Positions 9,201-18,328 of a stretch of 49,426 nt of DNA are shown in pieces (position 1 is the stretch's first letter; the number at the start of each line of letters is the position of its first letter). Below the pieces are notes generated by a model. That model was not told where the DNA came from and ran no database searches. It worked only from the letters and a program-made list of their open reading frames with translations. The position numbers and the translations under genes are program-made. Source of the DNA: a virus. Location: positions 1 to 49,426 of IMG/VR virus record IMGVR_UViG_3300035698_008779, one strand, 5' to 3'.

Positions 9201-10716
9201 TTCTTCCAGAACGTTCTATCTCCGTGACGTTGATGTTAGAGAGTATCGGACTCCCGGCATCCATGCTCCCGAGATACCCCTTCGCGAAGTCCTTCACTCT
9301 TCGGGCAGAGAAGGCTCCATTCTCCGGAGCAAGGATATTCGTCAACATATCAACGTTGACTTTATTCCCCAAAGAGGCCTGCCTACTCACGACTTTCCGT
9401 ACCTGCATACGGTCGTAGCCTCGCCCCTTTGCGAGGGCATCTACAACTTCTACTGCCGCGGTATCCTCAATAGTCTTGATGTCTTTGATAACGAATTTCT
9501 GCACATCGTCCAGATTCCCAAACGAATGCTTTATGTTGTTTCCGAAATTCCATGTCTCGTATGCGTCATCGACTTTCTTTAATCCATATCCATGGGCGGC
9601 TAACACCATCCCGAGGGATTCGTCTGTCATCTCATCGATGTTAATTGAGCCTACTCTATCCATTACCTTGAGGGCATTTCGGCTAGACACCAGTGTGTCA
9701 AATATTTCTTTCGGTAGGAGCCCCATTTGCGCGGGGTCGATATCTTGCAGGAGGTACACTCTTCGAAGCATATCATCTACCTGCTGCTTCGGGAGGTGTT
9801 CCATAATTATCTTATGATTTCCCCAGCCTTTGAAGTTCTTACCAAAGCCCTTCAGCATTGGCAAAACGATACCGATCCCGACGTTGGCTATGATGTCTCC
9901 TATGAAGTAGTCTCCAAAATAACTCTTTGCATTTGCGGATATGTTCTGCCAAGTGGGCTCTTTCTCGAGACCGTTCATACTATCAAGTATTAGTTCCCTT
10001 GAGGCCCCCATCACACCACCTGCAGCTGCGTGGGCTACATCAACGCCAAGTGCCCCAAGGCGCAGCATCCTTGAACCCTTTGTGGCTTTCATAGCGGCCT
10101 GTGCTGGCCATGAGAACAACTTCCCGAGACCAACCGCACTTGCGGGGGTAAACCCCACTCCTACTGCGTACATCGCAGCGATTTCCCCAAATTGCGCTGC
10201 AAATCCCACTGCTCCCGCCATAGTCCGAGTGCGTCTCGCAACCTTTGCGTCTGTTTGCACCACGCTCTGGAAGTAATCTGCTACCTTCGCTTCTTCAGCT
10301 TTCCCAAGGCGTGTGAAGTCATGTCCAATTCCTACATAGTTCCCTACAGTGTTTAGGCCTTTATCAAATAACGGGGCTATAAGCTGATTGTCTATAAAAT
10401 TTACTAAAATACTCTGCGTATTTGCTGCTCGTCTCACGATGAAGTTTGTTGCTACCTTCATCGCTTCTTCATCGCCTGCTGTAGCCTTTGCCCCTACATC
10501 CGCTACCAGCTTTGACATCTCCGGATTCGCCATCACTGGGGGGGTGAACACCGCATCGTTAAAAACTTTGCTCTTCACCTCAGGCTCTAAGGCTCCCCAT
10601 TCGGGGATACTCGGTAAGTACTGAGCATAATACGCTGAGCGTAGTTCTGTCTGATCCTTATATGAGAGATTTCTAAATCCCGGATCAGCTTCCATTGCTT
10701 GTAGTTGATCTGGCAT
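6232..10716 (-). CDS. Very large internal virion / DNA-ejection protein (1494 aa)
   Basis: AAGGAG 5 nt upstream. Terminal position after two other internal-type proteins, as in podovirus core-protein sets. No enzymatic motif recognised. Confidence 0.55.
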   Translation of the reverse strand: MPDQLQAMEADPGFRNLSYKDQTELRSAYYAQYLPSIPEWGALEPEVKSKVFNDAVFTPPVMANPEMSKLVADVGAKATAGDEEAMKVATNFIVRRAANTQSILVNFIDNQLIAPLFDKGLNTVGNYVGIGHDFTRLGKAEEAKVADYFQSVVQTDAKVARRTRTMAGAVGFAAQFGEIAAMYAVGVGFTPASAVGLGKLFSWPAQAAMKATKGSRMLRLGALGVDVAHAAAGGVMGASRELILDSMNGLEKEPTWQNISANAKSYFGDYFIGDIIANVGIGIVLPMLKGFGKNFKGWGNHKIIMEHLPKQQVDDMLRRVYLLQDIDPAQMGLLPKEIFDTLVSSRNALKVMDRVGSINIDEMTDESLGMVLAAHGYGLKKVDDAYETWNFGNNIKHSFGNLDDVQKFVIKDIKTIEDTAAVEVVDALAKGRGYDRMQVRKVVSRQASLGNKVNVDMLTNILAPENGAFSARRVKDFAKGYLGSMDAGSPILSNINVTEIERSGRKYLQLKLLDTELATVRAGFQSAAEEAGSVGKIIDSINEFAERNNLKGVRTLTSEIYADTAGKMGLYTPGWLDNVSREHLGGHIALEDGVYKFISDKDVMAHSTNDTVSFSNLNDLGDFVMAKVTTFDDLAAHLGQTEGLHLAHGEGNAIEVLDSGNRVIWNEGSIEEFLFQNKEFIPNAPASTGPTVGIVASGMTEIQYVEKAVVGSYHTVLDHLKHFSKDVVEEKIKLSPSGATASFQKGSGIAGFEVHIPDVGYRGRVDTLDEAKALIKNAKGDYKTISDMASYKGYQLDVFGGEFYLHTDEGVGIRATTIEQVKAELAKIVPPQWAPELTGIDGATVNAILQPANIPSWAVPVDATKAKTPKYFTGLRESWADLTAMIKPTALVFEDAVYHGGDVMYRDGFRAIENGRRMATGRTQTVGQLVSTIASENGKLLPYNELVGIGKIMETPREGWEALAKEMGLGEKHLEVASKFRELWGGSAKEGLFRQFDIQYDFIDNYIPQLRRKLAENPGIEIEEAPKFLKELYKEGGVPDALNAFFKNTRSSREIKNLVLEENPVKLLIKYAALGNRDLFIGDSYKAMRELVKVNSGNPRNYVQSLRMGSYLEEVMGIKTGGEKRLLEATNNIWKKWGFSGSESKDLVDYAMMLGYNATMSVRPWLPIRNMHQIFTTLAPLVDNRNVRIGLKRIMNDKDGVIFDALRAKGIITTAPPLAGGDRLFNETGLLQKLSKKGLQWYTNSDDFTRAVSYASAESRFMDAVDRFKRLGVSRDQFADLAGVNFMEQSNKAVLMDLVDKGNWNAARDMYATHIVERAMFPYRSGMAPEAFRGVVGKMFGMFGQYPTYYVDNIRRTLKHAPLSDKLAFGATMTANSMLIYGAYKELGVDAKNFLPWNPMFFTGGPFYELANSLMVAPSMLSGNYKGRQGAAETLGLSVVDGKMKLDLAKSELVKMLTPGSFELRAITKGVKAMQEGDYVRAGLHLMSAPVSRE

Positions 10717-10725
10717 GTTGACTCC

Positions 10726-13164
10726 TTATTGCCCTACATTAGTAAGGTATCGTTCTTGAAAAGCCTTAGCTGCTTCGCTTAGTTGTTCTGCATTCGCGCT
10801 TGCCTGCTCTGCGGTAGCCGTAGCTCCTGCAGACTTCACTCGCAGATCAAACGTCAAGAGATTCGCTGTTTTCCGGAAGGCTTCTATGTTCAAGAACCCA
10901 CCAGTTTTGAACTCTTCTGAAGTCAATGCAAGCTCAGGGACCGCTCTCTGCATAAGAATCATGAGTTCATCATATTTCGCGGTGAAAAGTTTATCAGTCA
11001 AGAGCGCCTTAGCGTCTTTTTCTCCCATGTAAGTTTTCAGGAAATCCCATTTGACCTCAATGATATTCGCCATAGCGCCATTCTCAGAAGCTACCGCTTG
11101 TGCGTAGTTCGCTGTCTCTTGCGCTGCAAGGGTTGCGTTGAATTGCTCGTTCGCGAGATCAATACGTCCCTGCTCCACTCGTTCATCTGAACGCCGTTGT
11201 TTCTCAAGTTCTGTAAGGCCCGCTTCGAAAATCTCCCTCCCGTCAGGGCCATAAAACCCCGCTGCCATAGAAGCAGCGATACCATCTGGAGTGAGTGCTG
11301 CTGCGAGTGCTGGTGCGAGGTTATTCATATACGCCTGCTTACGTTGCTCGTACCCACCGCGGGTAATACCTGCTTCCTTAATGGCTTCCTGCAGGGCCTC
11401 TGTTATATCAGTACGTCCATTACTTTCCTCAGCGATTTCATTTGCTGCTTGGTCAATCATAACATATCCAGTACCAAGACTCTCCCCGGAAGAGGCGTTG
11501 TACTGTTGCATATTTTTCTCAACGGCTCTTACTCCGATAGACTGCCCATGAATCGCACCACGATAAAGGTTCGTCTGTAAGCCGTTTTCCATCGCTTCTA
11601 CTTCTGCCATGTTTTCAGGCAAGATAACCGTCATCCCTCCGGGAGTTCTACGAAGATTAAGTCCTTCACTGTTAAAAGCCTTCGCAGCCGCTTCAATACG
11701 ATTCCCGAGAGCGATGGCTTCTGGGGAGAGTTGGATACTCTCTCCCGAGCCTGTGGTCCACTTTGGATCTATTGACCCATCTTCATTTGTGATAATTCTT
11801 TTAAGGAATTCCTGTACAGAGTCGGTAAAAGTATTCGTATCCCCCGGAGTAACCATTGACCCATATAGAGTTGAATGGGCTCCAGTAGTTTTCTCTATTG
11901 CCGCTTCGGTTTTATCCGCAAGGGGCGCAGAAGGAGGAATTTCTTTCGTCGGTGTGATAGGATTCCGAATTGCTAATACTGGAGGGGTAAAAGGTACTTG
12001 CACTCGGGCGGCGCTTCGTAAGTTGTCTGAGGGTTTAAGGTCTGTAAAGTCTCCTTGTTGTAAAGCGGGAGGAATAGGTTCTTCTGGTGCAGGTTCTGGT
12101 TCAGCTTTGAGGGCTCTATTAAGCTCATTTGCTTGACCTTCAAGGGAATCACTCCCCCAAAGGGGGACTTCTGGAGCCTGTGTACGGTTTGCAAGGAATG
12201 CTCTCGCACTCTGCTTCCACTTATCACCATATGCACCATCTGCGGCTTCAGTAACATACGAAGGGTCTTCATTATAGATCTGACTCCACGGCATTCCATT
12301 CGGCCCAAGGCCGCCATTACCTTGCCCTGCGACAATGGAGTTTACCTCTTCAGAGGTGGCTTCAGTATTCACTACCAATGGAGCTGATGTCGTAGGTTCA
12401 ACTTCTCTTTGTACGATTCCTTCTGCGCTTACTTTATTCGGGTCAGTAGTAGCCACTGGGTCAACTGTTGCTGTTGTCGTTGTTGCTGATGGATTCGCTA
12501 TAGAATCTCCTGTATCCGATACCCCCGCAGCGACTGCAGCTTGATGTTGGCGATTTGCGATAACTAGTTCATCCGGATGAAGTATTGCAAAATTCCTTTG
12601 CATGAACTTCACATTATCTGAAGAGATATTTGCCACAGCAGACTCAAGCATCTCTGGAAACATCTTAGGATCATACCCTCTAAGAGTCCATATTTCCATA
12701 AGCTGCTTAGCCCCAACAGGATCAGCGGCTGCTATTGCAACACTATGGTAAAGTTCTGTCACCAAGGTTGCTCTTGCGCCAATCTTCCTCTCGAGAGCTT
12801 CATCGTCATATATATTCTCATTCAGTACTTGAATCGCAGCATTCGTTTCTGCATTCTGCACATTCGCACCAGCGTTCTTATTATCAATATCCAATTCTCG
12901 ACTACGCTGGCCATAAGTCATTAAGAACTCTGAGTCTCTCCGTGCCATTGAGGAGTTGAATTGATCCTGCTGCTGCGCGAGTTGATCCCGGAACTGGGAT
13001 TCATTCTGCTTCAAAGACTGGGCATTCTGGTACGACTGATTCATTGTTTTAATAGAGTCATTCAATTGGCCCCAACCCGCCATCTGCGCCTGTGCGCTTC
13101 CTTGCATAGCGGCTAAAGCTGTTGCGACATCATTCCCACCGCCGATTACATTAGTTCCTGCCAT
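10726..13164 (-). CDS. Internal virion / ejection protein (812 aa; Q-rich coiled-coil N-terminus, T/P-rich linker)
   Basis: AAGGAG 8 nt upstream. Composition and position between the small G/S/N/Q-rich protein and the 1494-aa protein. Confidence 0.5.
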   Translation of the reverse strand: MAGTNVIGGGNDVATALAAMQGSAQAQMAGWGQLNDSIKTMNQSYQNAQSLKQNESQFRDQLAQQQDQFNSSMARRDSEFLMTYGQRSRELDIDNKNAGANVQNAETNAAIQVLNENIYDDEALERKIGARATLVTELYHSVAIAAADPVGAKQLMEIWTLRGYDPKMFPEMLESAVANISSDNVKFMQRNFAILHPDELVIANRQHQAAVAAGVSDTGDSIANPSATTTTATVDPVATTDPNKVSAEGIVQREVEPTTSAPLVVNTEATSEEVNSIVAGQGNGGLGPNGMPWSQIYNEDPSYVTEAADGAYGDKWKQSARAFLANRTQAPEVPLWGSDSLEGQANELNRALKAEPEPAPEEPIPPALQQGDFTDLKPSDNLRSAARVQVPFTPPVLAIRNPITPTKEIPPSAPLADKTEAAIEKTTGAHSTLYGSMVTPGDTNTFTDSVQEFLKRIITNEDGSIDPKWTTGSGESIQLSPEAIALGNRIEAAAKAFNSEGLNLRRTPGGMTVILPENMAEVEAMENGLQTNLYRGAIHGQSIGVRAVEKNMQQYNASSGESLGTGYVMIDQAANEIAEESNGRTDITEALQEAIKEAGITRGGYEQRKQAYMNNLAPALAAALTPDGIAASMAAGFYGPDGREIFEAGLTELEKQRRSDERVEQGRIDLANEQFNATLAAQETANYAQAVASENGAMANIIEVKWDFLKTYMGEKDAKALLTDKLFTAKYDELMILMQRAVPELALTSEEFKTGGFLNIEAFRKTANLLTFDLRVKSAGATATAEQASANAEQLSEAAKAFQERYLTNVGQ

Positions 13165-13176
13165 TGTTTTATCTCC

Positions 13177-13899
13177 TTATTTTCCACTGGTAAGCGAAGT
13201 TGTAGGGGTTGTTGAAGCTACTGTAGCTGCTGAAGACACCCCTGAAAAAAGAGAAGAAAGCAACCCAGTAATATTTGAGTCGAAGCCACTCGCAGCTCCA
13301 GAATTTATCCCCACCGCATCTGGTAGAGAGATATAATTCGGATTCTCAGTGTATGTTGGGTTGTAGTACTCCTGCTGCCCAAGGCCTGCTATGTTACCAA
13401 GTATCCCGCTCTGGTACCCGAGTTGGTTTTGTTGGAATCCCTGTGCTTGGTTACCAAGTACTCCAGCGTAATTCGTAAAGGAATCATTCATTGCCTGCCC
13501 AACACCTCTTGCAATGTTTTGCTGTGCCCCTCCGGAGTAGAAGGCGTTGTTAGACGAATAAAGCCCTCCAGTGATATCCGCAGCTTCTTCCCCTACTTGC
13601 AGCATGAATTCGGGTAATGGAGTACTCGAATCGAGTAAATCCGCAAATCCCCCTGTTGCAGCATTACTCGCTGCATTCTGTCCACCATCTTGAAAAGCGC
13701 TATTAAGAGTGTTAAACACCGGATCTGTTTGCTGATTTACATTAACTGCGCCTGCTGCGGAACCTACTTCACTATAAGGGTCAACTGTACCTTCTTGGCT
13801 TCTTGTAAGCCATGTTCGAAGCGCTCCAAACAGGTCATCTTGCTTAAATGGGGTATCCCCGCCGAAAAAACTAGAACCGCTATCACTGTTACCGCCCAT
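13177..13899 (-). CDS. G/S/N/Q-rich virion protein (240 aa), possible small internal/ejection protein
   Basis: Start moved to the ATG at 13899, which is preceded by GAGGAGGTG. Overlaps the GNAT stop by 11 nt. Confidence 0.5.
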   Translation of the reverse strand: MGGNSDSGSSFFGGDTPFKQDDLFGALRTWLTRSQEGTVDPYSEVGSAAGAVNVNQQTDPVFNTLNSAFQDGGQNAASNAATGGFADLLDSSTPLPEFMLQVGEEAADITGGLYSSNNAFYSGGAQQNIARGVGQAMNDSFTNYAGVLGNQAQGFQQNQLGYQSGILGNIAGLGQQEYYNPTYTENPNYISLPDAVGINSGAASGFDSNITGLLSSLFSGVSSAATVASTTPTTSLTSGK

Positions 13900-14371
13900 G
13901 AAACACCTCCTCTCGTAATATCGAATACATATCCACATCCCGCCACTGTCCGCGGAGGAATGCTCTCTGCCGGAGGGTCCCCTCATGGGTAAACTCCATC
14001 TTATCAGTAATAAACCTCTTCACCGCCCTCTGGAAGCTGTACAGCATCGTCTCTACCCGCTTTAGGTCGAACTCTATGAAGAGCCATATGAGGGCCGCCT
14101 TAACGTCCTCAGCGTGTGCTGAGAGCTTGTGGTCGGTAAAGGGTAAGTGTACTTCCGCCCTCTCTCCCGGTACAATATGCTTCGCGATCATGTACCCATA
14201 CGGGGTCTCGAGTATAATCGAATCCTCCGCAAAGAAGTCCTCTGTAAACTTCGCGGGGTCTGCGTAGTTATCACTCCCGAGATACCAGCAGAACTCCTTG
14301 AGGTCCTCCCATATACGCCCGAGCTTCTCCCGGTCAAGGGTAAGGAATGTGATCCCTTCAGGTAATTCCAT
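13889..14371 (-). CDS. GNAT-family N-acetyltransferase (RimJ/RimL-like)
   Basis: C-terminal signature LKRVETMLYSFQRAVKRFITDKMEFTHEGTLRQRAFLRGQWRDVDMYSILREE matches the Acetyltransf_3 pattern (GF..EG.lR....G.w.D...y.ll). AAGGAAG upstream of the ATG at 14371. Confidence 0.65.
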   Translation of the reverse strand: MELPEGITFLTLDREKLGRIWEDLKEFCWYLGSDNYADPAKFTEDFFAEDSIILETPYGYMIAKHIVPGERAEVHLPFTDHKLSAHAEDVKAALIWLFIEFDLKRVETMLYSFQRAVKRFITDKMEFTHEGTLRQRAFLRGQWRDVDMYSILREEVFHGR

Positions 14372-14372
14372 G

Positions 14373-16271
14373 CTATCTTCCTTGTACCTCATCACCGAGG
14401 GTCTTGTATGTAAGCCCAAACCCGCCCAATGTGTATGGCTCGTGCTCTTCCCCAGCGGTGGTTACGATTTTAATTCGAATTGCTGCCCCGGTGAGCCGAA
14501 AGTTCACTGCCGCTTCGTCTTGTTCCGCAGCAATGGAAAGAGTCCCGAGGGATTTCCAATTTCGCCCTTTATCTACTGATGCAGTGAGGATCAGATTCAA
14601 AGTCGGTTCACTCGCCCCAAGGGGGGCTTCTAACTCAAGAGAGAACTCTGTCCAGATTTTCCCTGTATCGGGTATATCCATATCCATATCACCGGTTTCT
14701 ACCTCACCCGCTACTCCGGCAACACCACTATCCGCATCTGAGGAACCCGTATCGTCTTTGTAGTAGTACAACTCTGTGGAGTTGCTGAAGAACAATTGCT
14801 GATTCCACGCGGCTTCAACAGTGATGTCTTCCCATGAGTCGAAGTAGGTACTGAATCCTGCCCATGTATCAGGGCTAATGCTATTATCCAGAGTGTCCCA
14901 AGAAATTGACTCCGTAACAGTATCGGTACCTATGAAGTCCGCATCTCGAAACTCATTACTCCACGCCTTCGTTTTCCAATTAAACCTCCAGAGCTCTTCA
15001 ATGGAATTACCAGAAACGGGGATTCCGAATATTGCCGTGGAGGTAGAGTAATCCGTTACCGCCCGCACGGTGGTGGCGCTCTGGGAGATCCTCTTCACCA
15101 ACTGCTTCGTAACCGGGGTGCCTATAGGCTCCACCCCGCGTTGTGAGAGGAAGTACACATCATCTTGGCCTATGAAGAAATGCCCATCGAAAAACGGGGT
15201 CACCGCATGTGGGGTAATCACTCCCATGCCCCCAGTCTCGAACTTCGTAAAGGCATAGGGAACTCCGGGTAGGTTACTCGGTTGCCCGAGCCAAATGGAG
15301 TCTGTGAAATACGCTACAAGAAATTGGCTCATAGGCATGAGACGTCGAATTGCCCCGAAGCCATAAGGGAGGTTCAAATAACTTGCTGCGTCAAAGGTAT
15401 CGAGATTCCCGATACCGAAGTCACTCCATCGTATCTGTTGTCGGTAGCGGTTATTCACAGTGCCGCCTAAAGTCCCCCCTGCATCATTAATATCCGCTAC
15501 CCAGAGGCGGTCTTTGAAATACGTTATCGCATAAGGGCAATAGGTATCTGTATTAAGTAACCCCCATGAGTCCTTGGTGAATACCTGAATAGGCCTCTGG
15601 CCATCCGTGAGGTACAACTGATCATTCACATTCACCGGGGTTGCAATGCTTGTCGCTCCAAGGGAGCGATATATCTTATATGTAGCATTTGTAAGACCAT
15701 TATCCGGAGCAGTCGCGAGTATAAGCTCAGTGTCACTAGAGACGGATTCAATGATATGCGTTCTCACTACTACTTCACTACCGACGGTAGTTACAGTATC
15801 CTCAGTAGTTTCTACAGTTCCCGCAGTATCTCCATCTATCCAAATCCGATCTCCTGCGAGTACCCAATTCGTGAGAGTCTCCCATGCGGGGCTAGAATCT
15901 CCCCCAATAACCGTTGTAGTCCCATTCGTGGTTACATTCCCATCTGCATACGTCCAATCAATCGGAGTGATCTCCCCAATAGAAACTGAATACGCCTTAC
16001 GACGGTCGAATAACAAGGTATAACTCGCACCCGTGACAGCGCGTACTGTGTAGAGCCCTTGTATCGGCCCGTAGTCCACACTCCATGTACCATATTGCGT
16101 CGTTGCTGGCCGTCGCCGAAGCCCATACGGCTGTGGGATAAACCCCGTGATGTTCTTAAAACTCCCCTCTGGCATCTGCATAGAGGATACATCATTCCGG
16201 ATACCAAGATTCAGAGGTCGGATGTACTTCTTCTGCTTCTTCGCTGGAACAAAGCTCTGACTACTCGGCAT
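14373..16271 (-). CDS. Tail structural protein (632 aa), nozzle/tubular-type candidate
   Basis: Large beta-rich protein in the late operon, upstream of the internal proteins. No specific motif recognised. Confidence 0.4.
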   Translation of the reverse strand: MPSSQSFVPAKKQKKYIRPLNLGIRNDVSSMQMPEGSFKNITGFIPQPYGLRRRPATTQYGTWSVDYGPIQGLYTVRAVTGASYTLLFDRRKAYSVSIGEITPIDWTYADGNVTTNGTTTVIGGDSSPAWETLTNWVLAGDRIWIDGDTAGTVETTEDTVTTVGSEVVVRTHIIESVSSDTELILATAPDNGLTNATYKIYRSLGATSIATPVNVNDQLYLTDGQRPIQVFTKDSWGLLNTDTYCPYAITYFKDRLWVADINDAGGTLGGTVNNRYRQQIRWSDFGIGNLDTFDAASYLNLPYGFGAIRRLMPMSQFLVAYFTDSIWLGQPSNLPGVPYAFTKFETGGMGVITPHAVTPFFDGHFFIGQDDVYFLSQRGVEPIGTPVTKQLVKRISQSATTVRAVTDYSTSTAIFGIPVSGNSIEELWRFNWKTKAWSNEFRDADFIGTDTVTESISWDTLDNSISPDTWAGFSTYFDSWEDITVEAAWNQQLFFSNSTELYYYKDDTGSSDADSGVAGVAGEVETGDMDMDIPDTGKIWTEFSLELEAPLGASEPTLNLILTASVDKGRNWKSLGTLSIAAEQDEAAVNFRLTGAAIRIKIVTTAGEEHEPYTLGGFGLTYKTLGDEVQGR

Positions 16272-16500
16272 GTGCGTCTCGATTAAGTTGCACGGCTCGT
16301 TTGCCGATATAAGCAGTAGTCACCGCACCAGAGAGAGCTATGACTTCCCCGAGTGGGAGGCTGATTCTAGAACCCAATGCTGTCATAACTACCTGCGCGA
16401 CAAGCATCACACTCGTAAGAACGAGCCAAAATACCGTCAATCTCCATGTTCTACTTAGTGTTTTATTTTTCCACGTTTCTTTTCTTTTGGTCGTTTCCAT
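16261..16500 (-). CDS. Small membrane protein with two TM helices (holin-like candidate)
   Basis: LTVFWLVLTSVMLVAQVVMTAL and LPLGEVIALSGAVTTAYIG. Overlaps both neighbours. Confidence 0.45.
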   Translation of the reverse strand: METTKRKETWKNKTLSRTWRLTVFWLVLTSVMLVAQVVMTALGSRISLPLGEVIALSGAVTTAYIGKRAVQLNRDAHAE

Positions 16501-17222
16501 GTTTCCCCCTTATAGGAGAGTCTGTCGTTAATAATAGGTACACGATCCAACGTGAAGGCCCCATCATCATTAAACCACGCTACCCCAAAGCCGTATTGCC
16601 AACCGGAAGGCGCACCGCGGAGATATTCTGGTTGTGCGTCAGAGAGGCAACCGAGTCCCCAGCCGGAGACCTCACGGTTTGTTGCCCAGTGGACCTCGCT
16701 CCAGTACGAGCGTCTATGGGTGTGGCCGAATACCACATTCGCACTAAGCTGCTTCACATGCTTCCGTGCGGGGTACAACCCCGCCCACCAGCCATGGCAG
16801 AGATACAGGTCACCAAGCTTCACTGGTTGGGCCTTTAATGGATACCACTCGATCTCTCGGGCCTTTAGTACCTTCAAATTCTCTATCTCTATAAGGCCCT
16901 CTACCATCGGTGCGGCCTCTACATACCTCTCTACCCTCTCATCATGATTACCTTCCAGTATCATTACCCGAGTTGCGTGGTCCGCATACCACGTGAGCTC
17001 TTGCTCTATAACCTCAAGGTCCCCCTTGATCCGGAGCCCTTCGTTTAACTTCGGTTTCAATTTGTTAAACGAAGAGATGTAGGAGAAATCCCCTACATCC
17101 CCTAAGTGGACTATCATATCCGGCTGGAAGTCTTTTATGAACTCTTTCGCCAAGTCATACGCCCAGTGAAAAGGTTGTCCGTGTACAAAGTGCGTATCAG
17201 ATATGATAACACACGAACGCAT
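16455..17222 (-). CDS. Calcineurin-like metallophosphoesterase
   Basis: Full motif set: ISDTH (DxH), HLGDVGD (GDxxD), LEGNHDE (GNHD/E), LCHGW, FGHTH (GHxH). Confidence 0.85.
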   Translation of the reverse strand: MRSCVIISDTHFVHGQPFHWAYDLAKEFIKDFQPDMIVHLGDVGDFSYISSFNKLKPKLNEGLRIKGDLEVIEQELTWYADHATRVMILEGNHDERVERYVEAAPMVEGLIEIENLKVLKAREIEWYPLKAQPVKLGDLYLCHGWWAGLYPARKHVKQLSANVVFGHTHRRSYWSEVHWATNREVSGWGLGCLSDAQPEYLRGAPSGWQYGFGVAWFNDDGAFTLDRVPIINDRLSYKGETWKRPKEKKRGKIKH

Positions 17223-17597
17223 TTAGGAATCCTGCAGTATGCCGAGCGCCTCAAAGGATGTCATATCATTAGCTGTCCAGCCAATGGTTTCAGAGTGGAG
17301 GATCTCGTCTTCGGAAAACTGGAATTCGGGTAACTCCGCATTAGCTTCTACCTCGCCTGCTTCGTTGTAACGTTCCCAGAACCCGCTCCAACCCGCATCC
17401 CCTTGCTGGAGATTATCCTTCTCGGGGGCTTTAAACTCTGCTACGAGATCCTGTCGGATAGCCTCAAAGACTTCATTCGCTTCTTTCGCGGCTTTGCAGT
17501 ACTTCTTTGCATTTATAGCCTTTTTCATCTTTTTCCAACTAAGCCCCGAGAGCTTCACCAACGTCGTCTGTGCAGTGTCTAATTCAATACAAGTCAT
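17223..17597 (-). CDS. Hypothetical protein, 124 aa
   Basis: AGGAG 8 nt upstream. Its stop abuts the next start (TAAATG). Confidence 0.6.
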   Translation of the reverse strand: MTCIELDTAQTTLVKLSGLSWKKMKKAINAKKYCKAAKEANEVFEAIRQDLVAEFKAPEKDNLQQGDAGWSGFWERYNEAGEVEANAELPEFQFSEDEILHSETIGWTANDMTSFEALGILQDS

Positions 17598-17623
17598 TTA
17601 AGAACTCCTATAATTTTGTTTTT

Positions 17624-17815
17624 CTAACTGTCCCATCTGCAATTTGCCGCCCCTTGATGGCGTTCTGAGTCACCATGCCATCCTTGGTTCTTTGTGCGAA
17701 TCGTACCCCCTACATGTTTCCAAGATTTCCCAACTTGAACCGCTGAAATAGCCTCCTTGCTAACTCTAAATTGTTTAGCAAGCTCTTCTATACTTAAAAC
17801 ACTCAAGAAAAGCAA
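17624..17815 (-). CDS. Small HTH-like ORF (63 aa, TTG start); possibly a remnant of a homing-endonuclease-type DNA-binding module
   Basis: LSIEELAKQFRVSKEAISAVQVGKSWKHVGG resembles the HTH tails of phage HNH/NUMOD proteins. AT-rich relative to its flanks. No good SD. Confidence 0.3.
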   Translation of the reverse strand: MLFLSVLSIEELAKQFRVSKEAISAVQVGKSWKHVGGTIRTKNQGWHGDSERHQGAANCRWDS

Positions 17816-17824
17816 CTCTATGGT

Positions 17825-18328
17825 TTAAAGTCCTTTGCCTGCCTGCATATGCATTCCATCAGGCGGTAACCAATCCCCACCCCATATAAAACCACGTTTT
17901 TTAAAAGCATTGGCGATTTCTATAGGCATATGAGACTCCATTCTATAAGGCCCTAAATGTGGGTTAATATCTACAGCGGCTGCAAAAGCATGGGCAGATA
18001 TTCTTCCCGAATCCCCTCTCTGCGGGCGGAAGTTGAAACAACCACCCCATTGATTCATATCGTTCTCCATAATATACTCTCTTCCGAGTTCTTGTTCAAC
18101 CTCCTCAAGGGCGTCAATGACGGAGGGCCCGATTACCTTATGCATATAGAGATATGTGATTTCCCGGTCAAGGTCCCATGAGAGCACCATCGGAAAGGGT
18201 GAGGGGAAGAACTCGAGATTCTTTATCGTCCAGTCAACACTTGCGCCATCCGACATGAGATCTCTCGGGTCGCCATATATTTTGAACCAATCGTCCTTAT
18301 GGTATGGGGTTTTGCCTAGCTTTATCAT
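17825..18328 (-). CDS. Endolysin, peptidase M15 (VanY / D-Ala-D-Ala carboxypeptidase-like zinc peptidase)
   Basis: SAHAFAAAVD (Hx6D) plus FIWGGDW...DGMHMQ. Start set to the ATG at 18328, which forms an ATGA overlap with the upstream gene. Confidence 0.8.
   Translation of the reverse strand: MIKLGKTPYHKDDWFKIYGDPRDLMSDGASVDWTIKNLEFFPSPFPMVLSWDLDREITYLYMHKVIGPSVIDALEEVEQELGREYIMENDMNQWGGCFNFRPQRGDSGRISAHAFAAAVDINPHLGPYRMESHMPIEIANAFKKRGFIWGGDWLPPDGMHMQAGKGL

Noticed and set aside
6637-10624. Multiple 60-170 aa plus-strand ORFs inside the 1494-aa gene, and similar ones inside 10726..13164, 14373..16271 and 31063..34853.
   Set aside because: They are antisense to long SD-led structural genes. 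They have no SD and low-complexity or nonsense translations.
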